From Minisyncoccota bacterium (GTDB taxonomy: Bacteria; Patescibacteriota; Minisyncoccia; Phycocordibacterales; UBA1006): 64,000 nucleotides of DNA. Position 1 is the stretch's first letter, and the number at the start of each line of letters is the position of its first letter. A model generated the notes under the pieces. That model was not told the origin of the DNA, made no database searches, and saw only the letters and a program-made list of their open reading frames with translations. The position numbers and the translations under genes were made by a program. Below, in pieces: positions 54,023-64,000 of this stretch. The stretch is from assembly GCA_036405175.1 (NCBI GenBank), contig DASWYC010000002.1, forward strand, positions 321,700 to 385,699, written 5' to 3'.

Positions 54023-55438
54023 TTATGAGTTTACGCGAGTAAATCCCGACCAATACATCCATCTGGTAAATTTTGAGTTTGAATCTGAGAATGCAATCAA
54101 ATACACATTAGTGATCACCAAGGTTACCAATACGGCAACCAAAGTTCCCAATCCAAAGGTCACAGCAAATCCTTTAATCAAGGTTGTTCCAAACCAGAAC
54201 AAGATGATTGATGAGGCAAGTGAGGTTACGTTTGCATCACGGATTGAAGGCCACGCACGCTGTACTCCATCGTGAACTGCCTGTTTTACCGTCTTTCCAT
54301 CACGAAGCTCTTCCTTAATACGTTCAAAGATCAGAATATTCCCATCAACGGCAATTCCAAGAGAGATAATGAATCCAACAATACCTGCAGCAGTGAGCGT
54401 TACTGGAACAAGCTTGAAGAGTGCCAACATGATAATGGCATACGAGATGAGTGAAAGCACACCGAGGAACCCACTAAAGCGATACCAAATGAGCATACCG
54501 AGCGCGATGATGATAAGCCCAAGTGCACCTGCACGGATTCCAGCATCAATTGCCCCACTTCCAAGTGATGGTCCGATGGTTGATGTTGATACCAATGTTA
54601 CCGGAACCGGAAGCGCTCCCGAGTTAAGACGTCCCACTAATTCTTTTGCTTCTTCAAAGGTAAAGTTTCCACTAATGATTGCTTCACCGTTGGTAATTTC
54701 TGTTTGTACGGTTGGTGCAGAAATAATATTACCGTCCAAATAGATTGCAATAGATTTTCCAATATTTTCTTTGGTCATCTTTGCAAAGAGTTCAGATCCT
54801 TCTTTATTAAATGCAATTGAAACGGTTGGAGATCCAGGAATCATTTGCTGTCCAACTTGTGAACCTTGCGTAAATTGAACGACTGCAGATTTAAGATACT
54901 TTCCCGTAAGTTCAGTAGTGAGGTAGGGATCTTTAAGATCTTCCATGTTTACTGAATTAAAACTTTGAGTTTCTTGAATCTTTCTAATAGCAGCATCGTA
55001 TTTTGCTTGATCAAAATTTGGATTTTCTGTTTTAAATTCAAGAAGCGGTGTTTGACCAATGGTTTTGTTTGCTTCTGCAACATCAGTAACTCCTGGAAGC
55101 TCTACCACCAAACGATATTCTTTTCCTGATCCAGGAAGGTTTACCGTTTCTGTCTGAATGCTTGGTTCAGAAACACCAAAGGCATTAATGCGACGCTCAA
55201 TAACATCACGAAGTGCTGCCATTGAATCACCGACATTTTTGCTGTCGATCTTTGAAACGTCAGCCTTGTATACCAAGTATGACCCTCCCGCAAGATCAAG
55301 CCCGAGGCGGAACTTTTTACCGTCTGGACGTTGCTGCCCCTGATAAATAAAGGTCGCAATCCCAAGTGTGGCTACAATGAAAAAAACAGCCCACAATTTT
55401 GGCATAATCGACTTCCAATTAAATGTAAATTTCTTCAT
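54023..55438 (-). CDS. secD: protein translocase subunit SecD
   Basis: LGLDLAGGSYLVY, large periplasmic domain then 6 TM; secDF order. Confidence 0.9.
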   Translation of the reverse strand: MKKFTFNWKSIMPKLWAVFFIVATLGIATFIYQGQQRPDGKKFRLGLDLAGGSYLVYKADVSKIDSKNVGDSMAALRDVIERRINAFGVSEPSIQTETVNLPGSGKEYRLVVELPGVTDVAEANKTIGQTPLLEFKTENPNFDQAKYDAAIRKIQETQSFNSVNMEDLKDPYLTTELTGKYLKSAVVQFTQGSQVGQQMIPGSPTVSIAFNKEGSELFAKMTKENIGKSIAIYLDGNIISAPTVQTEITNGEAIISGNFTFEEAKELVGRLNSGALPVPVTLVSTSTIGPSLGSGAIDAGIRAGALGLIIIALGMLIWYRFSGFLGVLSLISYAIIMLALFKLVPVTLTAAGIVGFIISLGIAVDGNILIFERIKEELRDGKTVKQAVHDGVQRAWPSIRDANVTSLASSIILFWFGTTLIKGFAVTFGLGTLVAVLVTLVITNVYLIAFSDSNSKFTRWMYWSGFTRVNS

Positions 55439-55546
55439 AAGAATAGTAGAATTTTATGCCCATTTAGGCTGTTTTGCAAGGTTTTAATGGGTTGAAAGTA
55501 TTGCGTGATATTTTGGTGAAGATATTCGGAGAGGGTTTAATAATAT

Positions 55547-55575
55547 AAAGAGCGGCGCCTACGGCGCCGCTCTTT
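55547..55575. terminator. GC-rich palindromic terminator, repeat copy A (aaagagcggcgcc-tac-ggcgccgctcttt)
   Basis: identical to 61670-61700. Confidence 0.6.
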
Positions 55576-55584
55576 ATATCCACT

Positions 55585-56085
55585 CTATTTCCCCACCTTT
55601 TCCTTTTTAGCCTGACACGTAGCGCACAAGCATCCTCCGTGCGGCTTAATGATTTCATCAAAGTACTCCTTTCCATAATCATAGGTAAGTTCGTCACCCT
55701 TTTTGATCTTTTTCCATGAGTAGATAAATACGCGACCCTTTTCAAGATTTGCCTCACAATTCGGTTTGCATTGATGATTAATGTATCGCGCAAGATTCTT
55801 GCGATCCTTTCCATCAATCGTTACCTTACTATTGATTTCAAAGAGATACTTTCCACCTCGAATATCTGCCTCTGCAGGAGTGATTCTTTCTCCGGTATAT
55901 TCAATGATGCGCTGACCAGGTTGAATATCCTGATCCGCAAAAAGTCCCATACCTGCATATGATTTTCCAATACGAACTTTTACATGCGGCTCGGCAAGCC
56001 ATTGCGATGGTTTTTGTGTTTCAGAATTTTTAGCAGACTTCTGAGTATCTGATTTTTTTGTGATCGTTGCTGATTTCGTAGTCAT
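55585..56085 (-). CDS. SET-domain protein-lysine methyltransferase
   Basis: GxG region (RIGKSYAGMGLFA), YLFEIN, NHQCKPNCE (NHSCxPN), ELTYDYG, post-SET CLCATC; Lys/Ser/Thr-rich N-terminal 40 aa. Confidence 0.8.
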   Translation of the reverse strand: MTTKSATITKKSDTQKSAKNSETQKPSQWLAEPHVKVRIGKSYAGMGLFADQDIQPGQRIIEYTGERITPAEADIRGGKYLFEINSKVTIDGKDRKNLARYINHQCKPNCEANLEKGRVFIYSWKKIKKGDELTYDYGKEYFDEIIKPHGGCLCATCQAKKEKVGK

Positions 56086-56174
56086 TGTTGAATATTGTAA
56101 GTGCGGGAGAATTTTTTTGCAAATAAAAAAGCTACTCCGACGGAGAGTAGCCTATGAACCGAGAACATCCTTGC

Positions 56175-56762
56175 TCAAACAACCTTGTAATCTTTTACAA
56201 CATGTGTGGCAATACCCAACTCAATGATTTGCTTATGAGTTAACAATCTATCTTTGTAAAAGAGATTCCCATCAAATAAGTAATTAAGGGCGGCTTCAGT
56301 TAATCCAATCCTTGAATAATATTTCTTTTGTATATCGTCATACGATTGCAGTTCTTCCACCATTTCTAAAAGCTCTTGCTTGTTTCTTGAGCCGGAAACA
56401 GTACGCATCGTTGCATGAAATACCATATTAGCTCCAGGATATAACACTCTCTTATCTCCCAGTAGAGCAATAATAATTGCTGCGCTTGAGCAGTTACCTG
56501 TTAGGTGAGTAATGATTTCAAACTTCTTTCTTTTACGTAGATTATCAAAGTAGTCATAGATACCAGTTGATACTCCAATTGTTCCGCCAAGAGATTCAAG
56601 ATAAATATTCAAGGCACTCGAACTCTGGAGTTGATTCAACTGAGGAGAGAGCTGATTCTGAATATTTCTTGGAGTATCATTTTGATCTAAGCTACCAGAT
56701 ATGAACACATCGATCATATGATGGTCTGCATATTCCTCAATATTAAATTCTTGTATTTCCAT
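56175..56762 (-). CDS. ClpP-family (S14) serine peptidase-like protein, standalone
   Basis: LESLGGTIG (cf. INSPGG), GNCSSAAIIIALLG (Ser), MVFHAT (His), KDRLLT (Asp) align to ClpP catalytic triad; no clpX nearby. Confidence 0.6.
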   Translation of the reverse strand: MEIQEFNIEEYADHHMIDVFISGSLDQNDTPRNIQNQLSPQLNQLQSSSALNIYLESLGGTIGVSTGIYDYFDNLRKRKKFEIITHLTGNCSSAAIIIALLGDKRVLYPGANMVFHATMRTVSGSRNKQELLEMVEELQSYDDIQKKYYSRIGLTEAALNYLFDGNLFYKDRLLTHKQIIELGIATHVVKDYKVV

Positions 56763-56810
56763 TTTTTATAGAAAGATTTAATGTTTATGATGAGTTTCAA
56801 TTTAGTACAT

Positions 56811-57869
56811 TTACCGTATCTTGTCAATAATCCCTCCCCATACAATTCTTTCGCCTTGATATACCACTAGCATCTGCCCTTCAGTTGGGCGTTCTAAAGA
56901 TTGAATGGTCACGGTTTGCGTATCGGTATCAAAACTTTTTACCATATACCGTGTCCCATGATAACGCACTTGAGCTTCAAGTTTTTTAACGTACTTAATT
57001 CGGGTAATTCCGTGATTTACCGTATTGCGAAGCTGCACCTCATACTTTTTAGGTTTTTCATTCTGCACAAATTGTGTACTCACTTTCAAAATATTTTTTT
57101 CAATATCTCTATCAATCACATACCACGCATGAGACTTTTTGAATTCATCAAACACGGTAAATCCGTGACGTTCACCTAATGTATATAAACGTGCGTCATC
57201 ATGTTTTCCAATTACCTCGCCTTGCTCATTTACCACATACCCCGGAATAAAATCAATATAATGTGCAAGAAAGTCCTTCATATCAATCATTCCCAAGAAG
57301 CACACACCTTGTGAATCTTTTTTTGCACGTGTTGGCAAGCTATACTTTTGAGCTAATTTGCGCGTTTCTGTTTTATGAAGTCCACCGAGCGGGAAAATCA
57401 CCTCTTTTAAAATCTTTGATTCTACGCCTGCCAAAAAATATGACTGATCTTTAAGAGGATCAAGGGCACACAAAAGTTTTCCGTTATCTGTTTGCGCGTA
57501 GTGTCCCGTTGCAATGAGTCCACCGCCATGCTCATCTACCCACTGTTTAAAAATACCAAACTTAATTTCTTTATTACACAAAATATCCGGATTTGGTGTG
57601 ATACCGTTTTTGTATCCATCGATCATATATTGCACCACCTCATTTTTGTATGCCTCACTCGTATCAAGATCAAGAAATGGAATAGCAAGATGAGCTGCAA
57701 CACGCATTGCATCTCTGCGATCCTCGCGCCACGTACATGGGATAAAATCCGGCTGCCATGGGCGAAGATAGACGCCAATAACCTCAAAACCCTTGTCTTT
57801 GAGCAAGGCTGCGGTTACGGAACTATCAACACCTCCTGAGAGGCCAACATAGACGCGACGGTTTTTCAT
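56811..57869 (-). CDS. mnmA: tRNA-specific 2-thiouridylase MnmA
   Basis: PP-loop VGLSGGVDSSV, catalytic Cys residues. Confidence 0.9.
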   Translation of the reverse strand: MKNRRVYVGLSGGVDSSVTAALLKDKGFEVIGVYLRPWQPDFIPCTWREDRRDAMRVAAHLAIPFLDLDTSEAYKNEVVQYMIDGYKNGITPNPDILCNKEIKFGIFKQWVDEHGGGLIATGHYAQTDNGKLLCALDPLKDQSYFLAGVESKILKEVIFPLGGLHKTETRKLAQKYSLPTRAKKDSQGVCFLGMIDMKDFLAHYIDFIPGYVVNEQGEVIGKHDDARLYTLGERHGFTVFDEFKKSHAWYVIDRDIEKNILKVSTQFVQNEKPKKYEVQLRNTVNHGITRIKYVKKLEAQVRYHGTRYMVKSFDTDTQTVTIQSLERPTEGQMLVVYQGERIVWGGIIDKIR

Positions 57870-57962
57870 GGTGTAGTTATATCAGAAATTTGCGTTTGCG
57901 TCATCAAAAAATCTCTAGCAAAGTTGCCAGAGATTTAAAGAGGAACAAACTTAGGGGATCAC

Positions 57963-58568
57963 TTATTTTTCTTTATAAAGAATACTGAGCACCTCTTTCT
58001 CGTCCATATCAAATGATAAACCGTATCGCTCAAGCGACTTTTGTATTACGTCTATAGTACTAAGCCCTAAGCCAGCTACCGCACGGCGCGTATCAGTGTT
58101 TTTGTCGACTTTAAATAACACATGACCGTTGTCACTGAGAGATAGCGAGGCAATATCTGAGAGCCTCTTTACTTTAATCCTATCTAAAGCAGTTTTTGCA
58201 CGTGAATCTAAGCCTTCAACATTTGACAAAAGAGGATTTGCTTTAAGTTCAATCTTTTTTTGATTGATAATACCCATTGCATCTTCCCGACTCATTGCAA
58301 AAGCTAAATCAAACTCCTTTAATAATTCATAGATTTCTTCATAGGTCTTTTTGATAACAAGTTTTTTATTCTGTTTACCTTCTTCCAAGTTAGTGTCGAT
58401 GAGCAAAACCTTGTCTGCACCCACCTCAACAAGCAACATTGCCACATCTGAAAGACCTGGTAGGCCTAAATGTCTTACAAGAGGCTTATATGCCCTAATA
58501 CTCATCGAAACGTCATGGAGCGATATATCTCCTTCGGTGATCGGCTTTGGGATTACTATATTTTTCAT
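57963..58568 (-). CDS. hypothetical protein with tandem helix-hairpin-helix-like C-terminal segments
   Basis: 201 aa; segments LDSRAKTALDRIKVKRLSDI and GLGLSTIDVIQKSLERYGL resemble HhH / RNAP alpha-CTD-like motifs. Confidence 0.4.
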   Translation of the reverse strand: MKNIVIPKPITEGDISLHDVSMSIRAYKPLVRHLGLPGLSDVAMLLVEVGADKVLLIDTNLEEGKQNKKLVIKKTYEEIYELLKEFDLAFAMSREDAMGIINQKKIELKANPLLSNVEGLDSRAKTALDRIKVKRLSDIASLSLSDNGHVLFKVDKNTDTRRAVAGLGLSTIDVIQKSLERYGLSFDMDEKEVLSILYKEK

Positions 58569-59277
58569 TTTTAAATATGAGTTTTTAATTTTTAATTAGT
58601 ATATTTGAATAGCATTAAAGTATCACATATTCAGCGTACTGTCAATCTGATTGCCCCAATAGAAAAGCCGCTTCCAGAGGTTGCGGTTCTATAGTATGTT
58701 TTGCTGTGACTAAAAAAGTTTCTTAAATATTTTTTGACAATTCAAAGAGTAAAAATTGGGACATCTTTTCTCTCATATAGCGAATTGTCGATTTGATCTT
58801 TAGATCATCTTAGATGATCCTTATTCCAGACTATTTCCCGAAAGAAAAAATCTGGAATAAGAACCACCTGTTAAGACGATGCTTATGAGATTATCTCCCT
58901 AGCAAGCTAGTTAAATAATCTCATGAGCACCACCTTGTGCAAGATAATCCTGATCGAGAGTATTTCCGAAGATCTACTCTCGATCAGAACTACCTTGTAT
59001 CAGATTGACCAGGTGGACACAATTTGCAAGCAAATTACGTCCACGCGATCAACCTAACAAAATCAGTATATATCTACTCTATAAATATGTCAAGACTTAA
59101 GAATGCTTAGTTGCTCCGTCCTACGGCGCGTAATCGTTTAGTAGAAAAACTTATTGATTACCACGTCTTTGCTTATAGTATCGCTGCTATAAGAGCGAGT
59201 ACGCTTTGAAAACAAGTACTATTGTTTCTATCTGTAAAAAGAAGATCGACGCTACTGAAATCTTACGATTTCATTCC

Positions 59278-60800
<1,523 letters not shown>

Positions 60801-61027
60801 ACTGGAAAACTCTTCTTCTCATCTTTATCAATCACGTTGTGAAAGATTTTATTGTGAGAGAAAGTTCATAGAACAGAACAACTAAACATTCTTGTTTGTT
60901 GTCTTAATAATTGCACATTTAAGTAGATATTTAATTTGTAAGATGGGCAGTTAAAAAAGCTAACTGCAGTGCATCCTATAATGAGGCATCGCGATTAAAA
61001 AGTCAAGCGATTGTGGAAAAACCGCAA

Positions 61028-61612
61028 TTATGAATTTCGGGCGTCAAATAAAAGCTTTTTGAGGGCTTCGTGGAGTGGTTTATCTGCCACTGAATCCTGG
61101 GGTAAATTGAGTGCTTTTTTGAGTGTATTTACCTGGGCAACAAAGGCATCTCCTGCTTCTGCAACGATAGGCAATTTTTGATTGAGTGTAAGGTTAATAA
61201 TTTCACGATATTCACTTACACGCTTACCCATTGATTCTTTTTTAATCGTCACTGACTCACCAATAAGATCATCAAGGCGACGCATAAATCTATCAAAGTC
61301 TGCTTGTTTAATAGCCTGAATACGCGCAATGTCTTGTTGTGTTAAAAATGATTTTGTAATCGCTGGAGTCGTTGTTTGTTCTTCTGGTTGTGACTGAGAT
61401 TCTTCTGGGGTTTGTTGAGTGGTATTTGATGCTTGCACAGGATTTGAAGATGCTGGAGTTGGCGCTCCTTTAACATCTTTAAGGAGTGGACTCTGACTAT
61501 CAAATGCCATAGTACCGTGATTCTGAAGGAGTGATGTATAGGCAACATACACACCGTAAATAGCCGCAGCTACGAGGATAATCCAAATGAGTGAATCTGC
61601 AATGCGATTCAT
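61028..61612 (-). CDS. hypothetical membrane-anchored protein with Gln/Thr/Pro-rich linker
   Basis: 194 aa, N-terminal TM. Confidence 0.45.
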   Translation of the reverse strand: MNRIADSLIWIILVAAAIYGVYVAYTSLLQNHGTMAFDSQSPLLKDVKGAPTPASSNPVQASNTTQQTPEESQSQPEEQTTTPAITKSFLTQQDIARIQAIKQADFDRFMRRLDDLIGESVTIKKESMGKRVSEYREIINLTLNQKLPIVAEAGDAFVAQVNTLKKALNLPQDSVADKPLHEALKKLLFDARNS

Positions 61613-61669
61613 AATTCTTTTATTATATCAAATGAGGATACGAGGGGTGTGGAATTGTTTGAGAAGTAT

Positions 61670-61700
61670 AAAAGAGCGGCGCCTACGGCGCCGCTCTTTT
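61670..61700. terminator. GC-rich palindromic terminator, repeat copy B, downstream of groEL
   Basis: aaaagagcggcgcc-tac-ggcgccgctctttt; identical core to 55547-55575. Confidence 0.6.
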
Positions 61701-61720
61701 CTTATTTACTATACTTTTTA

Positions 61721-63352
61721 CTAGTACTCCATTCCACCCATCCCCATTGGTTGCTGTGGTTTTTCTTCAGGTTCTTCAACAATTGCCACGTCAGTAGTAA
61801 GGAATGTTCCTGCGGCAGATGCTGCATTTAAGAGTGCATTACGTGTCACTTTTACTGGATCAATAATTCCTGCACTAACCATATCATCGACAAACATGTC
61901 ATTGCGTGCATCATAGCCAGCAGATTCTAGCATTTCCTGCACCTTGTAGACCACCATTGATCCATCGCCTTTACCACCATTAATAGCAATTTGCTTAAGC
62001 GGTGCCTCACAGGCTGCACATACAATTTTATACGCCATCTCTTCTTCTTGAGACACAAATTCTTTTTTGGCATTCTGCACAGCTTGAGCAGCCTTAATAA
62101 GTGCACTTCCTCCCCCCGCAACAATTCCTTCTTCAAGTGCAGCTTTGGTTGCATTTACTGCATCTTCAATCTTGAGCTTAAGATATTTCATTTCAGTTTC
62201 AGTAGCTGCACCTACGCGGATTACGGCAATGCCACCGGTCATTTTTGCAATACGTTCTTGAAACTTTTCTTTGTCATAGACTGAATCAGTATTCGTCATG
62301 AGTGCCTTGAGCTGACCAACGCGTGATTGAATATCTGATTGAGAGCCTTTACCGCCAACAATAATTGTTTCATCTTTTTTCACCACAATTCTGTCAGCCT
62401 TTCCAAGAACTTCAAGCCCTTGCTCATCAAGCTTCATACCTTTCTCTTCTGATACAACCGTCGCACCCACCATAGTGGCAATATCATCAAGAAGCTCTTT
62501 TTTACGATCACCAAATCCTGGCGATTTAATAGCCACCACATTGAGTGATCCACGAATCTTATTCAGCACGAATGTTGCAAGTGCTTCACCGGTTACATCA
62601 TCAGCAATAATTACTAAATCCTTACGTCCTGTCTGTGAAAGTTTTTCAAGAATAGGAAGGATTACTTTAATACTTGAAATCTTTGCATCAGTAATAAGTA
62701 CTGGCGCAGATTCAACAATAGCTTCCATACGTTCCGTATCGCTTACCATGTAGGCAGAAACATATCCTTTATCAAAAGACATTCCTTCAACCACGTCACT
62801 CGTTAGTTCTGTGCCACGAGACTCTTCAACGGTCACCACACCCTCTTTACCAACTTTTTCAATGGTTTCAGCAATAATTGCACCGAGTTCTTCTGATTCA
62901 GCAGAAATGGTTGCTACTTGTTTGGTTTCTTCTGGGGTTGAAATTGGTTTTGACATCTTTTTGAGCTCATCAACAACATCATTGGTTGCGCGCTCAATAC
63001 CATGTTTAATAGCCATCACCTCAAGCCCTGACTCAACATATTTAAGCCCTTCATTAACAATAGCTTGCACTAATACCGTTGCGGTTGTGGTTCCGTCTCC
63101 CGCTTTTTCATTAGTTTTTGAGGCAACTTCTTTAACAATCTCTGCCCCCATGTTTTCAAATTTATCTTTGAGCGAAATTTCTTTTGCAATTGAAACACCG
63201 TCATTGGTGATAGTTGGTGATCCATACCCCTTATCAAGTGCAATATTGCGTCCACGAGGACCAATGGTTACTTTTACCGCATCAGCTACCACATCCATTC
63301 CAGTCTTAATAGCTCTGCGTGCGTCAGCATGAAAAAGAATTTGCTTTGCCAT
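61721..63352 (-). CDS. groL: chaperonin GroEL
   Basis: 543 aa, AAVEEGIV/GGG motifs, C-terminal GGM repeats. Confidence 0.95.
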   Translation of the reverse strand: MAKQILFHADARRAIKTGMDVVADAVKVTIGPRGRNIALDKGYGSPTITNDGVSIAKEISLKDKFENMGAEIVKEVASKTNEKAGDGTTTATVLVQAIVNEGLKYVESGLEVMAIKHGIERATNDVVDELKKMSKPISTPEETKQVATISAESEELGAIIAETIEKVGKEGVVTVEESRGTELTSDVVEGMSFDKGYVSAYMVSDTERMEAIVESAPVLITDAKISSIKVILPILEKLSQTGRKDLVIIADDVTGEALATFVLNKIRGSLNVVAIKSPGFGDRKKELLDDIATMVGATVVSEEKGMKLDEQGLEVLGKADRIVVKKDETIIVGGKGSQSDIQSRVGQLKALMTNTDSVYDKEKFQERIAKMTGGIAVIRVGAATETEMKYLKLKIEDAVNATKAALEEGIVAGGGSALIKAAQAVQNAKKEFVSQEEEMAYKIVCAACEAPLKQIAINGGKGDGSMVVYKVQEMLESAGYDARNDMFVDDMVSAGIIDPVKVTRNALLNAASAAGTFLTTDVAIVEEPEEKPQQPMGMGGMEY

Positions 63353-63355
63353 ACA

Positions 63356-63664
63356 TTAATTATTTTCAACTACAATTGCTAAAATCGACTCTTCGCGGAG
63401 AATCAAGAGATTCTCATCATTTATTTTTACCTCCTCAGGAGTGAATTTTGAAAAAAGTACGGTGTCTCCAACGCTTACTGACATCGGAATAATTTCACCT
63501 TTGTCATTACGCGATCCTGGACCAACCGCAATGACTACCCCCTGTTCTGGTTTTTCTTGGGAAGCAGTATCAGGGATATAAATTCCTGAAGCCGTAACTT
63601 GATCCCTGGTGAGGGCTTTTACGACTACTCTGTTTGAAATTGGCTGTAAATGAACATCATTCAT
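63356..63664 (-). CDS. groS: co-chaperonin GroES
   Basis: 102 aa, mobile-loop and roof-hairpin pattern. Confidence 0.9.
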   Translation of the reverse strand: MNDVHLQPISNRVVVKALTRDQVTASGIYIPDTASQEKPEQGVVIAVGPGSRNDKGEIIPMSVSVGDTVLFSKFTPEEVKINDENLLILREESILAIVVENN

Positions 63665-63696
63665 AGCTACTACTTATCTTGAATTACTAATATGAT

Positions 63697-63745
63697 TCTA
63701 TTGTAGAAAAGTTTTGACAATAGTCAAACGGGCGTTATCGGTGTG
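63697..63745 (-). promoter_or_regulatory. groESL promoter (TTGACT-N16-TACAAT on minus strand) overlapping conserved element TTTTGACAAT-N5-AACGGGCGTT
   Basis: read directly; 20/25 nt identical to element upstream of grpE. Confidence 0.5.
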
Positions 63746-63767
63746 ACAAAAATATCAGATATTCTTG

Positions 63768-64000
63768 TTATTTCAGCAACGATTCAATAAACTTTTTAAG
63801 CGCAAGCTCAAGTTGATTTGGTTGAAATTGTTCATTTGTTCCTACCGGTGCTTCACTAAATGATAATTCTTTAAGCGACGCAAACACCGTACGCATTTGA
63901 TTAACTACCTCATCCTGCAGCGATGAATCAATATGAAGCGTATACTGACTTGGTGTTTCTGGATTGCTGTTATTAATAAAGTAGAGCGCGTTGGTAATGA
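63768..64000 (-). CDS. 3' end of a hypothetical protein (partial, continues beyond window)
   Basis: hand translation ...LHIDSSLQDEVVNQMRTVFASLKELSFSEAPVGTNEQFQPNQLELALKKFIESLLK*. Confidence 0.35.
   Translation of the reverse strand, partial: ITNALYFINNSNPETPSQYTLHIDSSLQDEVVNQMRTVFASLKELSFSEAPVGTNEQFQPNQLELALKKFIESLLK

Noticed and set aside
55464-55817. 117-aa minus-strand ORF overlapping the 3' part of the SET-domain gene
   Set aside because: It is in a different frame from the clearly conserved SET domain and has a low-complexity, Arg-rich translation, so it is spurious.

Overview
This 64-kb window looks like a dense, mostly minus-strand run of housekeeping genes from a small-genome bacterium. 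Several signals point to a Candidate Phyla Radiation / Patescibacteria-type lineage, and these are what I weigh most:
- A divergent 16S rRNA with atypical universal-primer sites, and a DnaJ lacking the Zn-finger domain.
- Shortened PheS (232 aa), EF-Ts (151 aa) and AlaRS (no C-Ala domain).
- No Shine-Dalgarno motifs upstream of the start codons I checked.
- Apparently standard genetic code, since long ORFs read through cleanly.

Recognisable loci, in window order:
- rseP-frr, pheT-pheS, gatB, obg and ychF
- grpE-dnaK-dnaJ(-like), then a PIF1-family helicase and a type IV pilin
- a truncated dcw cluster (mraZ-rsmH-ftsL-ftsI)
- lysS-greA, alaS, rpsB-tsf and tRNA-Thr(UGU)
- dnaG-rpoD, rpoC-rpoB, gyrA, rpsA and pth
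- secD-secF, mnmA, a 16S rRNA with no adjacent 23S, and groES-groEL

The observations I judge most worth follow-up are:
- A ~25-nt element shared by the grpE and groES promoters, which is not CIRCE and looks like a heat-shock operator.
- A bona fide SET-domain lysine methyltransferase next to a lone ClpP-like protease.
- A sigma-70 (RpoD) with an N-terminal Lys/Ala/Pro histone-H1-like repeat tail.
- An AT-rich accessory segment downstream of tRNA-Thr carrying a Cys-rich DUF378 protein and a divergent adenylate-kinase-like P-loop kinase, the latter translationally coupled to a 56-aa ORF missing from the ORF track.
- An identical 32-nt GC-rich palindromic terminator at two loci.
- Several large hypothetical proteins, most of them membrane proteins, inserted between core operons.

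I found no CRISPR array, integrase or transposase.
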